From NCBI RefSeq assembly GCF_963921235.1, contig NC_086108.1, positions 6,944,001-7,008,000 of the forward strand: a stretch of DNA of 64,000 nt, given 5' to 3'. This document shows positions 23,061-36,149 of this stretch, piece after piece. The notes below the pieces were generated by a model that saw only the letters and a program-made list of their open reading frames with translations, did not search any database and was not told where the DNA came from. Made by a program: the position numbers and the translations under genes. Numbering within the stretch: position 1 is the stretch's first letter; every line of letters begins with the position of its first letter. This DNA is from Mobula hypostoma. Taxonomy: Eukaryota.

Positions 23061-23150
23061 CAGTCCTTGTTGAAGGGTCTCGGCCCGAAACGTCGACTGT
23101 TTATTCCCCTCCACTGATGCTACCTGACCTTAGTTCCTCCAGCATTGCTC
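23061..23150 (+). mobile_element. Short hammerhead-bearing PLE-derived unit
   Basis: CAGTC-CTTGTTGA-AGGGTCTCGGCCC-GAAAC-GTC-GACTG (core mutated), followed by the family downstream sequence. Confidence 0.7.
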
Positions 23151-26100
23151 ACAGCTAAGGGGGTGTGTTGGAAAAGCGAACCACCCTTTATTCTTTTTGT
23201 ATTCTTGTGGATGTTTCTCAGTAAAGCAGCTTCCAATTTAATATCATTGGCATAAGTCATGAAACTTCTTGTTTTGCAGCAGCAACAGATTGCAATGCAT
23301 GATTAAAAAACTGAATTTCAGTAAGAGGGTACATCCTTGGACTATATCTATATGTGAAGCAGTTGATATGTAATGAGAACCTGCATTGGACTAAGTATTC
23401 TGGCACTCCTCTTATTATTTATTGAGATACAGTGGGGAATAGACCGTTACGGCCCTTTGAGCCACGCCACCCAGCGATCCCCTAGTTAACCCTAGCCTAA
23501 TCACAGGACAACTTATAACTTAACCTTTGGTACATCGTTGGACTGTGGGAAGAACATGCAGTGAAATGCATTATATTGCATCGATGACCAACACAGTCTG
23601 AGGATTGTGCTGGGGGCAGCTCACGAGTGTTGTCATGCATTTGGCGCCAGCGTAGCGTGCCCACATCTCACTAACCCGTACGTTTTCCAGTGGCCCAATC
23701 AGTGACAGGAGCGGGCCACAGCGACGAGGTCTCTCACTGGTCAGTGACACTTGTTTAAAAGTACAGAAAGGACAAGCAGAGTGGCTGTTGGTGAGACTAG
23801 GAGCATCAGGCTTTGGCTCAAAGGAGGCTTCAGCTCGAAAGAGTTGTTGGCTCAGGGTAAGCTTTTGTTAAGGTTCCCTTTTTTCTTTCTTACTGTACCT
23901 ACTGTAGTAAATGGCTGTTGTATGTTCTGAGAGTCCTGGGAGACCCAGAACCTCCCAGAGAACTACATCTACTTGACATGCAGTTTCTCGAAGACTGTAC
24001 TAGGGATCTGGAGCAGCAGCTGGATAGCCTTCGGCTTGTTGGGAGAGTGAGGAGATAATCGATCAGAGTTACCAGGAAGTACTCACCCCCTAACTTGCAG
24101 GAGGCGAGTAGCTGGGTGGCTGTCAGGAGAAATGGTAATGTGAATAGGCAGTTAGTGCAGAGCACCCCTGTGGCCATTCTCCTCAAATAAGTATACTGCT
24201 TGGGATACTGTTGTGGGGGATGACCTCCGAGGGAAATGTCACAGAAACCAGGTTACTGGCACTGACCATAGGTCCATGGTGCAGAAGGGAAAGAGGAAGA
24301 AGAGGGGACGGCAGTGATAAGGGACTCGGTAGTCAGGGGAACAGAAAAAGCCATTCTGTGGATGTGAACCCGAATGAGACAGCCAAATGGTATCTTGCCT
24401 CCCTGGTGTCAGGGTCAGGGATGTTTCTGAATGGGTCCACAGCATTTTGGAGGGAGAGGGAGAGCAGCCAAATCTCTTGGTACATATTGGAACCAATGAC
24501 ATAGGAAGGAAAAGCAAAGAGATCCTGAAAAGAGAATTTCAAGAGCTAGGTAGAAAGCTGTGAAGCACAACCTCCAGGGTAGTAATTTCTAGATTGCTGC
24601 CTGTGCCACACGCCAGTGAGGATAGAATCAGGATGATTTGGCATGGCTGGGAAGCTGGTGCAGTGGGCAGGTCTTCTGGTTTTTGGATCACTGGGATCTC
24701 TTCAGGGGGAAGTATGAACCATTCAAAAGTACCTGAACCCATGAGGAACCAATATTCTCGCAGGCAGGACTGTTAGAGCTGTCGGGGAGGTTTTAAATTA
24801 ACTTGGCGGGGGGGGAGGGGTGGGGGTGGAAACCAGAGTGAAGGGACTCAGGATAGGACGGATGGTAAAAAAGCCAAGAAAGTGACACTCAGGAAGGCCA
24901 GGCAAATGATAGGGCAAAATTGCAGCCAGCAGGGTGAGTATCAGTGCATTAGGGATGCAGAATCAATAAGGGGAGCAAATACAGCACTCAGTGCACAAAA
25001 TATAGGAAATAAGGTGGATGATCTTGCTGCACTGTTACAGATTGTCAAGTATGATGTGGCCATCACTGAATTGTAGTTGGGAGCTTGTATTGGAGGGATA
25101 GGAAGGTAGGAAGGGGGTAGCATGGTAAAGAATGGCATGAAATCAGTAGAAAGATGTGACATAGGATCAGAAGGTGTTGAATCCTTGTGGGTTGAATTAA
25201 GAAACTGCAAGGATAAAAGGACCCCGATGAGTAGCAGGGATGTGGACCACAGATTACAACGGGGAATAGAAAAGGCGTGTCAAAAGGACAATGTTATGAT
25301 AGTCATGGGAGATTTCAACGTGCATGTCAATTGGGAAAATCAGATTGGTAATGGATCTCAAGAGAGTGAGTTTTTTGAATGCCTACAAGATGGCTTTTTA
25401 GAGCAGTTTGCTGTTGAGGCTACCAGGAGATCAGCTATACTGGATTGGGTGTTATGTAATGAACCAGAGGTGATTAGGGAGCTTGAGGTAAAAGAACCCT
25501 TAGGAGGCAGTGATCACAATATGATTGAGTTCAACTTGAGATTTGGTAGGGAAAAAGTAAAGTGACATAGCAGTATTTCAGTGGAGTAAAGGAAATTTAC
25601 AGTGGTATGCAAGAGGAGTTGGCCAAAATAAATTGGAAGAAGATGCTGGCAGGGATGACAGCAGAGCAGCAATGGTGTGAATTTCTAGGAAAATTGAGGA
25701 ATGTGCAGGATAGATGTATTCCAAAAACAAAGAAATAATCAAATGGCAAAATAGTACAACCATGGCTGACAAAGGAAGTCAAAGCTAATGTAAAAGTAAA
25801 AGAGAGGGTATACAACAAAGCAAAAATTAGTGGGAAGACAGAGGATTGGGAAGCTTTTAAAAACCTACAGAAAGCAACTAAAGAGTCACTAGGGAAAAGA
25901 TGAAATATGAAAGCAGGCCAGCAAACATAATCAAAGTGGATAGTAAAAGCTTTTTCAAGTATGTAAAAAACAAAAGAGAGATGAGAGTGGACCTAGGACC
26001 ACTAGAAAATGAGGCCAGAGAAATAATAACAGGGGCCAAGGAGATGACAGATGAACTAAATGTGTATTTTGCATCAATCTTCACTGTGGCAGATACTAGC

Positions 26101-26554
26101 AGTGTGCCTGTTGTTGAAGGGTGTGAGGGAAGAGAAGTGAGTGCAGCTACTATTACAAGGGAGAAGGTGCTCAAAAAGCTGAAAGACCTCAGGGTACATA
26201 AGTCACTCAGGCCAAATGAACTATACCCTAGGGTTCTGAAAGAGGTATTGGTAGAGATTGTGGAGACATAGTAATGATCTTTCAAGAATCATTGGACTCT
26301 GATATGCTGCCAAGAGACTGGAAAATTGCAAATGTCACTCCACTCTTTAAGAAAGGAGGCAGCAGAAAGGAAATTATAGACCAGTTAACCTGACCTCAGT
26401 GGTTGGGAAGATGTTAGAGTCAATTGTTAAGGATGAGGTTATGGAGTACTTGGTGACACAGAACAAAATAGGATAAAGTCAGCATGGATTCCTTCAGGGA
26501 AAATCTTACCTGTCGAACCTATTGAAATTCTTTGAGGATATTACAAGTAGGATA

Positions 26555-27449
26555 TTTGTTATTCGTTATTTGTTGTATTCTTTTTTCATGGTAACACGTC
26601 GAAGCTGCACCCTCTCCAACATGCTGGTGGAGAGAGTTTAATTTGGGTTTTTAGTGCTGGAAATACAGTTTGTAGTTACATTTGGACACGACTCATTAGC
26701 GGGGCAGCATTATGGTCGTATTGTTTATTCCAGGGACCAGCTGATTGCGCTTATGCCGGCCGGTTTAGCGAACAGAGCGGCAGACACCCCTGCTGAAATC
26801 TGGAGGAAAACACACAGAGGATGCAGAGGGGGATCGCAAAGGCGAGGAAAGAGGACCGGGTCGAGACAACAGAGACTTATGGAGAAGAGGAGTTTGGTGG
26901 GTAATAAAATGGACGAGTTGACGGTGCTAGCCAGGAGTCAGAGAACATTTCGGGAGAGCAGTGTTATGTGTTTTACTGAAACGTGGCTTCACGAGGACAT
27001 ACCCGACCAAAACTTTTCCATGGAGGGCTTTCAGACTGTTTGGGCTGACCGGAAGTGCACTGAGAGCGGTAAGCGTAAAGGAGTTGGGGGCTTGCTGTTC
27101 TGGTTAACGATGGATGCTGCAATCCTGGGCATATTACGATCGAGGAACGTGTTTGTAGCCCGATATTGAACTTTTTGCTGTTGGACTCCAGCCATATTCC
27201 ACCGAGATACAACACTGGGCGTCATGGGAGGTTGTTCCTGCCTGTGGCCATCGAACTTTGCAGCTCCTCCCGTGAAGGGTCAGACACCCTGAGCCAGTAG
27301 GCTGGTCCTGGACTTATTTCCATCTGGCATAGTTTGCATATTGTTTGTTTGTGGTTTTTGTATTGTTATATTTATGCTCTATACTTGGTTGGTGCAGCTG
27401 TAATGAAACTCAATTTCCCTCGGGATCAATAAAGTATGTTTGTCTGTCT
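26555..27449 (+). mobile_element. Internally deleted Rex1/Babar- or L2-like LINE nested in CR1
   Basis: APE N-terminus (NKMDEL...VMCFTETWLHEDIPD) joined to a 3' end with AATAAA and (TCTG)n. The host CR1 resumes at GATAGATAAAGGG, with GATA duplicated. Confidence 0.75.
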
Positions 27450-27691
27450 GATAGATAAAGGGGGTGTAGTGGATGTTGTATATTTGGACTTTGACAAGGT
27501 GCCACACATGAGGCTGCTTACCAAGTTAAGAGGAAAGTTACTGGCGTGGTTACATCATGGGTAGGAAGTAGCAAGGGGGAATAAAAGGACACTTTTCTGA
27601 TTGGCTGCCAGTGACTAGTGGTGTTCTGCAGGGGTCGGTGTTGGGACTGCTTTTTATGTTGTATATCAATGATTTAGATGATGGAATAGAT

Positions 27692-28458
27692 ACTTTATAC
27701 TTTATTGTCACTAAACAATTGATACTAGAACGTACAATCATCACAGCAATATTTGATTCTGCGCTTCCTGCTCCCTGGATTACAAATATTAAATCTTAAA
27801 AATAGTAAAATTAGTAAATATTAATAATTTAAATTATAAATCATAAATAGAAAATAGAAAAATGGAAAGTAAGGTAGTGCAAAAAAAAACTGAGCGGCAA
27901 GTCCGGATATTTGGAGGGTACGGCCCAGATCCAGGTCAGGATCCATTCAGCAGTCTTATCACAGTTGGAAAGAAGCTGTTCCCAAATCTGGCCGTATGAG
28001 TCTTCAAGCTCCTGAGCCTTCTCCCGGAGGGAAGAGGGACGAAAAGTGTGTTGGCTGGGTGGGTCGTGTCCTTGATTATCCTGGCAGTACTGCTCCAACA
28101 GTGTGCAGTGTAAGGTGAGTCCAAGGACGGAAGATTGGTTTGTGTGATGTGCTGTGCCGTGTTCACGATCTTCTGCAGCTTCTTCCGATCTTGGACAGGA
28201 CAACTTCCATACCAGGTTGTGATGCACCCTAGAAGAATGCTTTCTACAGTGCATCTATAAAAATTAGTGAGGGTTTTAGGGGACAGGCCAAATTTCTTTA
28301 GTTTTCTCAGGAAGTAAAGGCGCTGGTGGGCCTTCTTGGCAGTGGACTCTGCTTGGTTGGACCAAGTCAGGTCATTTGTGATATTGACCCCGAGAAACTT
28401 AAAGCTTTTGATCTGTTCCACTTGCACACCACCGATGTAAATTGGGTTGTGCCGTCCG
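27692..28458 (-). mobile_element. Rex1/Babar-like 3' fragment nested in CR1 RT
   Basis: 163-aa ORF FKFLGVNITNDLTWS...KKAHQRLYFLRKLKK...FFPTVIRLLN. The host reads DDGID-[insert]-FVAKF. Confidence 0.9.
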
Positions 28459-29819
28459 CTTTGTTGCCAAGTTTACAGATAATACGAAGATTGGAGAGGC
28501 TGCAGAAGGATTTAGACAGATTAGGAGAATGGGCAAGAAAGTGACAATTGAAATACAATGTTGGAAAATGCATGGTCATGCACATTGGTAGTAGAAATAA
28601 ATGTACAGACTATTTTCTAAATGGGGAGAAAATCCAAAAATCTGAGGTGTAAAGGGTCTTGGGAGTCCTTGTGCAGAACAACCTAAAGGTTAATTTGCAG
28701 GTAGAGCTGGTGGTGAGGAAAGCAAATGTCATGTTAGCATTCAATTTCAAGAGGTCTAGAATATAAGAGCAGGATGTGGTGCTGAGCCTATATAAGGCAC
28801 TGGTGAGGCCTTGAGCATTGTTCACCTTGTGAACAGTTTTGGGCTACTCATCTAAGAAAAGTTGTGCTGGCATTGGAGAGAGTTCACAGGAGGTTCACCA
28901 GGATGATTCTGGGAATGAAAGTGAGGAACAATTGATAGCTCTGGCTCTGTACTTGCTGGAATTCAGAAGGATGAAGCGGGGCGGGGGGGAATCTCATTGA
29001 AACCTTCCAAATGTTGAAAGGCCTAGACATGGTAGATGTGGAAAGGATATTTCCTGTGGTGGGGGAGTCTAAGACAAGAGGGCACAGCCTCAGGATAGAG
29101 GGGTGTCTTTTTAAAACATGTGGAGAAATTTCTTTAGCCAGAGGATGGTGAATATATGGAATTTATTACCACAGGCAGCTGTGGAGGCTAGGTTGTTGAG
29201 TGTATTTAAGGCAGAGCTTGATAGGTTCTTGAATGGATATGGCAAAGGTTACTAGGGAAAAGGCCGGGAAGTGGGGCTGACCGAGGGGAAAAATTGGATC
29301 AGCCATGATTGAATGGCAGAACAGACTCAATGGGCCAAATAGCCTAATTCTGCTCCTATGTCTTATGGTCTTTGGACTGTGAGAGGAAACCAGAGCACCT
29401 CCTTACAGGCAGTGGTGGGAAATGAACCTGGGTGTAAAGTGTTGTGCTAACGACTATGCTACCATGCCACTCATCTAGTGTGTATGTAGATTGGACCCTT
29501 GAAGGACCCCCTTTCAAATGCACACAAGTTGATGCCTTCAGCAAGGGCAAAGATCTTGGTCGGAGCAAGAAGGCTGCGAGTGAACGGCTGATTTTTCAGA
29601 GCGAAGGGAGTTTTTTTTACTGCTCGGGGTAAAAGATAGGCGAGACTGCGCAGGTGCGTGACGTCAGCCAGAAGTGCGCGAAAGGTTTAAAAACAAGACC
29701 GCCGTATCTAGCGGGCAGCAGAGTGAGAGGCGGCAGAGTGGTAGGGCTTTGGCTCAACGGGCTTAGGCAGTAATGAGGCGAGGTAGGTTTAACTGTGTTA
29801 ATTGCGGAAAGGAGGTAGC

Positions 29820-30753
29820 ATGAGTGTGAGGCCAGTTTTCTGTGCTCAGTGTCAGATGTAGGGTATGGTGGAGTGTCCCAGCCTCGTGGACAACCATATC
29901 TGCACTAGGTATGTCGAGCTGAAGCTCCTGAGGGACCGAGTTAGGGAACTGGAGATGCAGTTCGATGACCTTTGCCTGGTCAGGGAGAGCGAGGAGGTGA
30001 TAGAAAGGAGTTATAGGCAGGTAGTCACACTGGGGCCACGGGAGACAGATAGGTGGGTCACAGTCTGGACCGGGAAGGGGAAGAGTCAGGTACTAGAGAG
30101 TACCCCTGTGGCTGTACCCCTTGATAAAAAGTACTCCTACTTGAATACTGTTGGGGTGGGGGGACAGCCTACCCTGGGGGAAGCGGCAGTGGCCGTGCGT
30201 CTGGCACAGAGACTGGCCCCGTGGCTCAGAAAGGTAGGGAAAGGAAGAGGATGGCAGTAGTGTTAGGGAACTCTATAGTTAGGGGTCAGACAGGCGATTC
30301 TGTGGATGCAGGAAAGAAACTCTGATGGTAGTTTGCCTCCCAGGTGCCAGGGTCCGGGATGTTTCGAATCGCATCCACGATATCCTGCAGTGGGAGGGAG
30401 AACAGCCAGAGGTCATGGTACATATTGGTACCAATGACATAGGTAGGAAAAGGGAAGTGGTCCTGAAAAAAGACTACAGGGAGTTAGGAAGGAAGTTGAG
30501 AAGCGGGACCTCAAAGGTAGTAATCTCAGGATTACTGCCTGTGCCACGTGACAGTGAGTATAGGAATGGATGAGGTGAAGGATAAATGCGTGGCTGAGGG
30601 ATTGGAGCAGGGGGCAGGGATTCAGATTTCTGGATCATTGGGACCTCTTTTGGGGCACACGCCTGTACAAAAAGGACAGGTTGCACTTGAATCCCAGGGG
30701 ACCAATATCCTGGCGGGGAAGTTTGCTAAAGCTAGTGGGGAGAGTTTAAACTA
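29820..30753 (+). pseudogene. CR1 ORF1: zinc finger/coiled coil + SGNH (GDSL-like) esterase domain, disrupted
   Basis: CAQCQM..HICTRYVEL, LRDRVRELEMQFDDL, LGNSIVRG, CLPGARVRDV, VHIGTNDIG, KDRLHLN motifs, with stops and frameshifts. Confidence 0.85.
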
Positions 30754-30879
30754 GAATTGTTGCGGGGTGGGAACCGAACTGAAGAGACTGGGGAAGAGGA
30801 GGTTGGCTCACAAATAGAGAAAGCTTGGAGACAGTGTGAGACAGAGGATAAGCAGGTGATAGAGAAGGGACGCGCTCAG

Positions 30880-33645
30880 ACCGAAGGTTTGAGATGTGTC
30901 TGTTTTAACGCAAGGAGTGTTGTGAACAAAGCGGATCAGCTTAGAGTGTGGATAAGTACTTGGAGCTATGATGTAGTGGCCATTACAGGGACTTGGATGG
31001 CTCAGGGACAGGAGTGGTTACTTCAAGTGCCGGGTTTTAGATGTTTCAGAAAGGACAGGGAGGGAGGCAAAAGAGGTGGGGGTGTGGCACTGTTGATCAG
31101 AGATAGTGTCACGGCTGCAGAAAAGGTGGACGCTATGGAGGGATTGTCTACGGAGTCTCTGTGGGTGGAGGTTAGGAACAGGAAGGGGTCAATAACTTTA
31201 CTGGGTGTTTTTTATAGGCCGCCCAATAGTAACAGGGATATGGAGGGGCAGATAGGGAAACAGATCCTAGAAAGGTGTAATAATAACAGAGTTGTCGTGA
31301 TGGGAGATTTTAATTTCCCAAATGTCGATTGGGATCTCCCTAGAATGAGGGGATTAGATGGGGTGGAGTTTGTTTGGTGTGTTCAGGAAGGTTTCTTGAC
31401 ACAAAATGTAGATAAGCCTACAAGAGGAGAGGCTGTACTTGATTTGGTATTGGGAAATGAACCTGGTCAGGTGTCAGATCTCTCAGTGGGAGAGCATTTT
31501 GGAGATAGTGATCATAATTCTGTCTCCTTTACAATAGCATTGGAGAGAGATAGGAACAGACATGTTAGAAAAGAGTTTAATTGGAGTAAGGGGAATTATG
31601 AGGCTATCAGGCAGGAAATTGGAAACAGATGTTCTCAGGGAAAAGTACAGAAGAAATGTGGCAAATGTTCAGGGGATATTTGTGTGGAGTTCTGTATATG
31701 TACAGAATGAGACAGGGAAGTTATGGTAGGGTACAAGAACTGTGGTGTACAAAGGCTGTAATAAATCTAGTCAAGAAGAAAAGAAAAGCTTACGAAAGAT
31801 TCAGAGAGCTAGGTAATTATAGAGATCTAGAAGATTATAAGGCTAATAGGAAGAAGCTTAAGAAGGAAATTAGGAGAGCCAGAAGGGGCCATGAGAAGGC
31901 CTTGGTAGGCAGGATTAAGGAAAACCTCAGGCATTCTACAAGTATGTGAGGAGCAAGAGGATAAGACATGAAAGGATAGGACCTATCAAGTGTGACAGTG
32001 GAGAGTGTGTATGCAACCGGAGGAAATAGCAGAGGTACTTAATAAATACTTCAGTATTCACTATGGAAAAGGATCTTGGTGATCGTAGTGATGACTTTCA
32101 GCAGACTGAAAAGCTTGAGCATGTAGATAATAAGAAAGAGGATGTGCTGGAGCTTTTGGAAATATCAAGATGGATAAGTCGCCAGGATCGGATGAGATGT
32201 ACCCCAGGCTACTGTGGGAGGCGAGGGAAGAGATTGCTGAGACTCTGGCGACGATCTTTGCATCATTAATAAGGACGGGAGAGGTTCTGGAAGATTGGAG
32301 GGTTGCGAATGTTGTTCCTTTATTCAAGAAAGGGAGTAGAGATAGCTCAGGAAATTATAGACCAGTGAGTCTTACCTTATTGGCTGGTAAGTTGGTGGAG
32401 AAGATCCTGAGAGGCAGAATTTATGAACATTTGGAGAGGTATAATATGATTAGGAGTAGTCAGCATGGCTTTGTCAAGGGCAGGTCGTGCCTTACGAGCC
32501 TGATTGAAATTTTTAAGGATGTGACTAAACACATTGATGAAGGAAGAGCAGTAGATGTAGTGTATATGGATTTCAGCAAGGCATTTGATAAGGTACCCCA
32601 TGCAAGGCTTATTGAGAAAGTAAAGAGGCATGGGATCCAAGGGGACATTGCTTTGTGGATCCAGAACTGGTTTGCCCACAGAAGGCAAAGAGTGGTTGTA
32701 GACGGGTCATATTCTGCATGGAGGTTGGTGACCAGTGGTGTGCCTCAGGGATCTGTTCTGGGACCCTTACTCTTCGTGATTTTTGTAAGTGATCTGGATG
32801 AGGAAGTAGAGGGATGGGTTAGTAAGTTTGCTGATGACACAAAGGTTGGGGGTGTTGTGGATAGTGTGGAGGGCTGTCAGAGGTTACAGCGGGACATTGA
32901 TAGGATGCAAAGCTGTGCTGAGAAGTGGCAGATGGAGTTCAACCCAGATAAGTGTGAAGTGGTTCATTTTGGTAGGTCAAATATGATGGCAGAATATAGT
33001 ATTATAGAATATAGACTCTTGGCAGTGTGGAGGATCAGAGGGATCTTGGGGTCTGAGTCCATAGGACACTTAAAGCAGCTGCGCAGGTTGACTCTGGTTA
33101 AGAAGGCGTACGGTGTATTGGCCTTCATCAATCGTGGAATTGAACTTAGGAGCCGAGAGGTAATGTTGCAGCTATATAGGACCCTGGTCAGACCCCACTT
33201 GGAGTACTGTGCTTAGTTCTGGTTGCCTCACTATAGGAAGGATTTGGAAGCCATAGAAAGGGTGCAGAGGAGATTTACAAGGATGGTGCCTGGATTGGGA
33301 AGCATGCCTTATGAAAACAGGTTGAGTGAACTCGGCCTTTTCTTCTTGGAGTGATGAAGGATGTGAGGTGACCTGATAGAGGTGTATAAGGTGATGAGAG
33401 GCATTGATCATGTGGATAGTCAGAGGCTTTTTCCCAGGGCTGAAATGGTTGCCAGGAGGACACAGGTTTAAGGTGCTAGGAAGCAGGTACAGAGGAGATG
33501 TCAGGTGTAAGTTTTTTTACTCAGAGTGGTGAGTGCGTGGAATGGGCTGCAAGCAATGGTGGTGGACACGGATACAATAGGGTCTTTTAAGAGACATTTA
33601 GCTAGGTACATGGAGCTTGGAAAGATAGAGGGCTGTATGTAAGCC
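30880..33645 (+). pseudogene. CR1 ORF2 (APE endonuclease + RT), disrupted
   Basis: FNARSVVNK, YRPP, MGDFN, SDHN; DFSKAFDKV, GVPQGSVLGP, KFADDTK. Split across several ORFs. Confidence 0.92.
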
Positions 33646-34357
33646 TAGTCATTTCTAAGGTAGGGACATGTTCAGTACAACTTTGTGTGCCAAAGGGCCT
33701 GTATTGTGCTGTAGGTTTTCTATGTTCTATGTTCCCTCAGCTTTAATAAGGATAAGCACTTTACTAGTACAGCCTGCTGATTAGCATTTCCCCTTAGATT
33801 ACATTATTCATTTTACTAATGAGGAATCTGACATCAAAGCATGAAGACAAATGAATATAAATGTTTTAACTTTATGGATTCTCCTGCTTGCCTGGCGGGT
33901 AAGTATATCATGATTCTGTCTGACACGATCAGAAGCAAAATGTGAGATCGTGGCTATTTTAGTCTCCCTTTCCTGAGCAAGCTTGCAGCTCTTTCACATG
34001 TTTGGATCATTTGTTCTCCTCCCATTAATCTCTCCTAAAGTCATTGCTCATGTTGAAGGCCCAGAATCTCCTGAAATCTGGTGCTGCTTTGGGTGTGCTC
34101 TATAGTCAAAGTTCAAAGTAAATTTATTATCAAAGTATCAGCATATCAGAATCAAAATTGGGTTTAATATCACTGACCTATGTCGTGAAATTTGTTGTTA
34201 AGTGGTAGCAGTACATCGCAATACATAATAAAAATTGTGAATTACAGTAAGCTTCCCACCACAGTCTGTAAGGAGTTTGTATGTTCTCCCCATGACCCTG
34301 TGGGTTTCCTCTGGGTGCTCTGGTTTCTTCTCACATTCCAAAGACATAGTGGCTCAA

Positions 34358-35180
34358 AGGTTCAATTTAATGTCAGAGAAATATATACAATATACATCCT
34401 GAAATGCTTTTTCTTCGCAAAACAGCCACAAAAACAGAGAAGTGCCCCAAAGAATGAATCATAGTTAAATGTGAAAACTCCAAAGCCCCCCCCCCACCCC
34501 AGCACCCCACTCTCGCGCGATATGGTGGTGAGCAACAATTCCCCCCTCCCCCCACCGGCAAAACAAAAGGCACTCCTGCTACCGAGCGCAAACATGAGCT
34601 AAGCAATAGTAAAGACTCAGACCTTGCGGTTATCCCGAAGACTATCGCAATTCATCCGGCATTCGGCAACCCACAGATTCTCTCTCTCCCTCATAAGGGA
34701 GAGGGAGGTGTCCCCCATTTTCACAGCAAGCAGGAGACATAACAACAACCCGCTGGTTTACGATGTTAAAAAGTGTGTTTTGTCTCTTTTTTAAAAGCTC
34801 TGTGCCCGAAAATCGCAAAGATCTCGGGTCTTCGGGCCCACAGCGAAAGATTTTCCAGCCTCCCCGACAACACATGAGTCTCCTGCTGTGATACCAACCC
34901 TCGATCCGCCCGTCTCCAGAGCCCCAAGATCTTAGGCTTCCAAACACTAAGCCACCTCGCAGGCCGACCTCTTGACATGCTGAACATCGGCCTGTCCTGA
35001 ATCCCTGAGAACGGTTCCCATTCCCGCGAAGAACCGAAGTCAGCGTGTAATTCCAGGTCAGGGTCTTCAAAAGAACCCTGAAGGGGAAAAATAAAGATAT
35101 TAAAGATGGAAATAGAGCTGTTTCCGAAGATGCAAGCAAGGAGTCACCGTTTAGCGCCATCTTAACTCCGCCTCCATCTC
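34358..35180 (-). mobile_element. Non-coding ~820 bp element with AAGATGGCG 5' start and Rex1/Babar-like tail, inserted in a V-SINE (34255-34350 and 35180-35285)
   Basis: The V-SINE halves flank it, and its tail is shared with 49625-49850. Confidence 0.65.
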
Positions 35181-35299
35181 TGGTTGATAAGTGAACTGGT
35201 CATTGTAATTTGTGCTGTGATTAGGGTAGGGTTAAATTGGGAATTGCTGGGCAGTGGGAATTGAAGGGCCTACTCCCCATTATGTCTTAATATATAGTG

Positions 35300-35935
35300 T
35301 GTGTGTGTGTTATATGTCTATATATAATTTTCTTACAGGCTCTCAGAGTAAAAAAAAACATAATAGAATTAATGAAAAAGTGCACATCACAAGATGGACA
35401 ATTAACCAATGTGCAAAAGCCAACAAACTGCAAATACAAAAAGAGGATAAACAGATAATAAATAAGCAATAAATATTGAGACCATGAGATGAAGAGTGCT
35501 TGAAAGTGAGTCCACAGATTGTGGGAATAGTTCAGTGTTGGGGTGAATGATTCAGGAACCTGATGGTTGAGTGGTAATGACTGTTCCTGAACCTGGTGAT
35601 GTGGGTTCTATGGCTCCTGTACCTCCTTCCTGATGGCAGCAGAGAGAGAGAGACAGAGAGAGAGCATGTCCTGGGTGGTGGGGGGTCCCTGATGATGGAT
35701 GCTACTTTCCTATGACAGCGTTCCATTTAGATATGCTCACTGGAGGGGAGGGCTTTACCCATGATAGACTGGGCCATATCCACTACTATTTGTGGGCTTT
35801 TCTGTTCAAGGACATAGGTGTTTCCATACCAGGCTGTAATGTTACCAGTCAGTATCCACTCCACTGCACATCTATAGAAGTTTGTGAGAGTTTTAGATGA
35901 TATACTAAATCTTTGCAAACTCCAAAGAAAGTTGC
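35300..35935 (-). mobile_element. Rex1/Babar-like 3' fragment
   Basis: KTLTNFYRCAVEWILTGNITAWYGN and LLPSGRRYRS. Confidence 0.8.
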
Positions 35936-36149
35936 GCTCTATTCTCCATACTAAAAGGTAACTCTCGCTACTGCGCCTACACTCTGCACCATCTAAAATA
36001 TGGGTTACTAGTTATTTGCCAAGGATACTCTAACTCTGAAACCTCTACTGCCTCAGCAAGCACGGGGGGGCCACCACTGTCTACACACTATTCTGACTTG
36101 GACAAACACTGCTAAGTAAAAATCCTAGCAGAATTGTGGTGGTCATAAA

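Larger units (their letters stand above)
23690..29371 (+). mobile_element. Full-length decayed CR1 LINE (ORF1 esterase + ORF2) with two nested inserts
   Basis: ORF1 remnants (VIRDSVVRG, CLPGVRVRDV, VHIGTNDIG) and ORF2 remnants (MGDFN, SDHNMIEF, KGNYRPV, SGVLQGSVLG), plus the 3' stem-loop and TCTTATGG tail. Many stops and frameshifts. Confidence 0.9.
29490..33733 (+). mobile_element. Full-length decayed CR1 LINE
   Basis: GC-rich 5' region, ORF1, ORF2 (APE + RT), 3' stem-loop and (TTCTATG)n tail. The 5' boundary is approximate. Confidence 0.92.
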
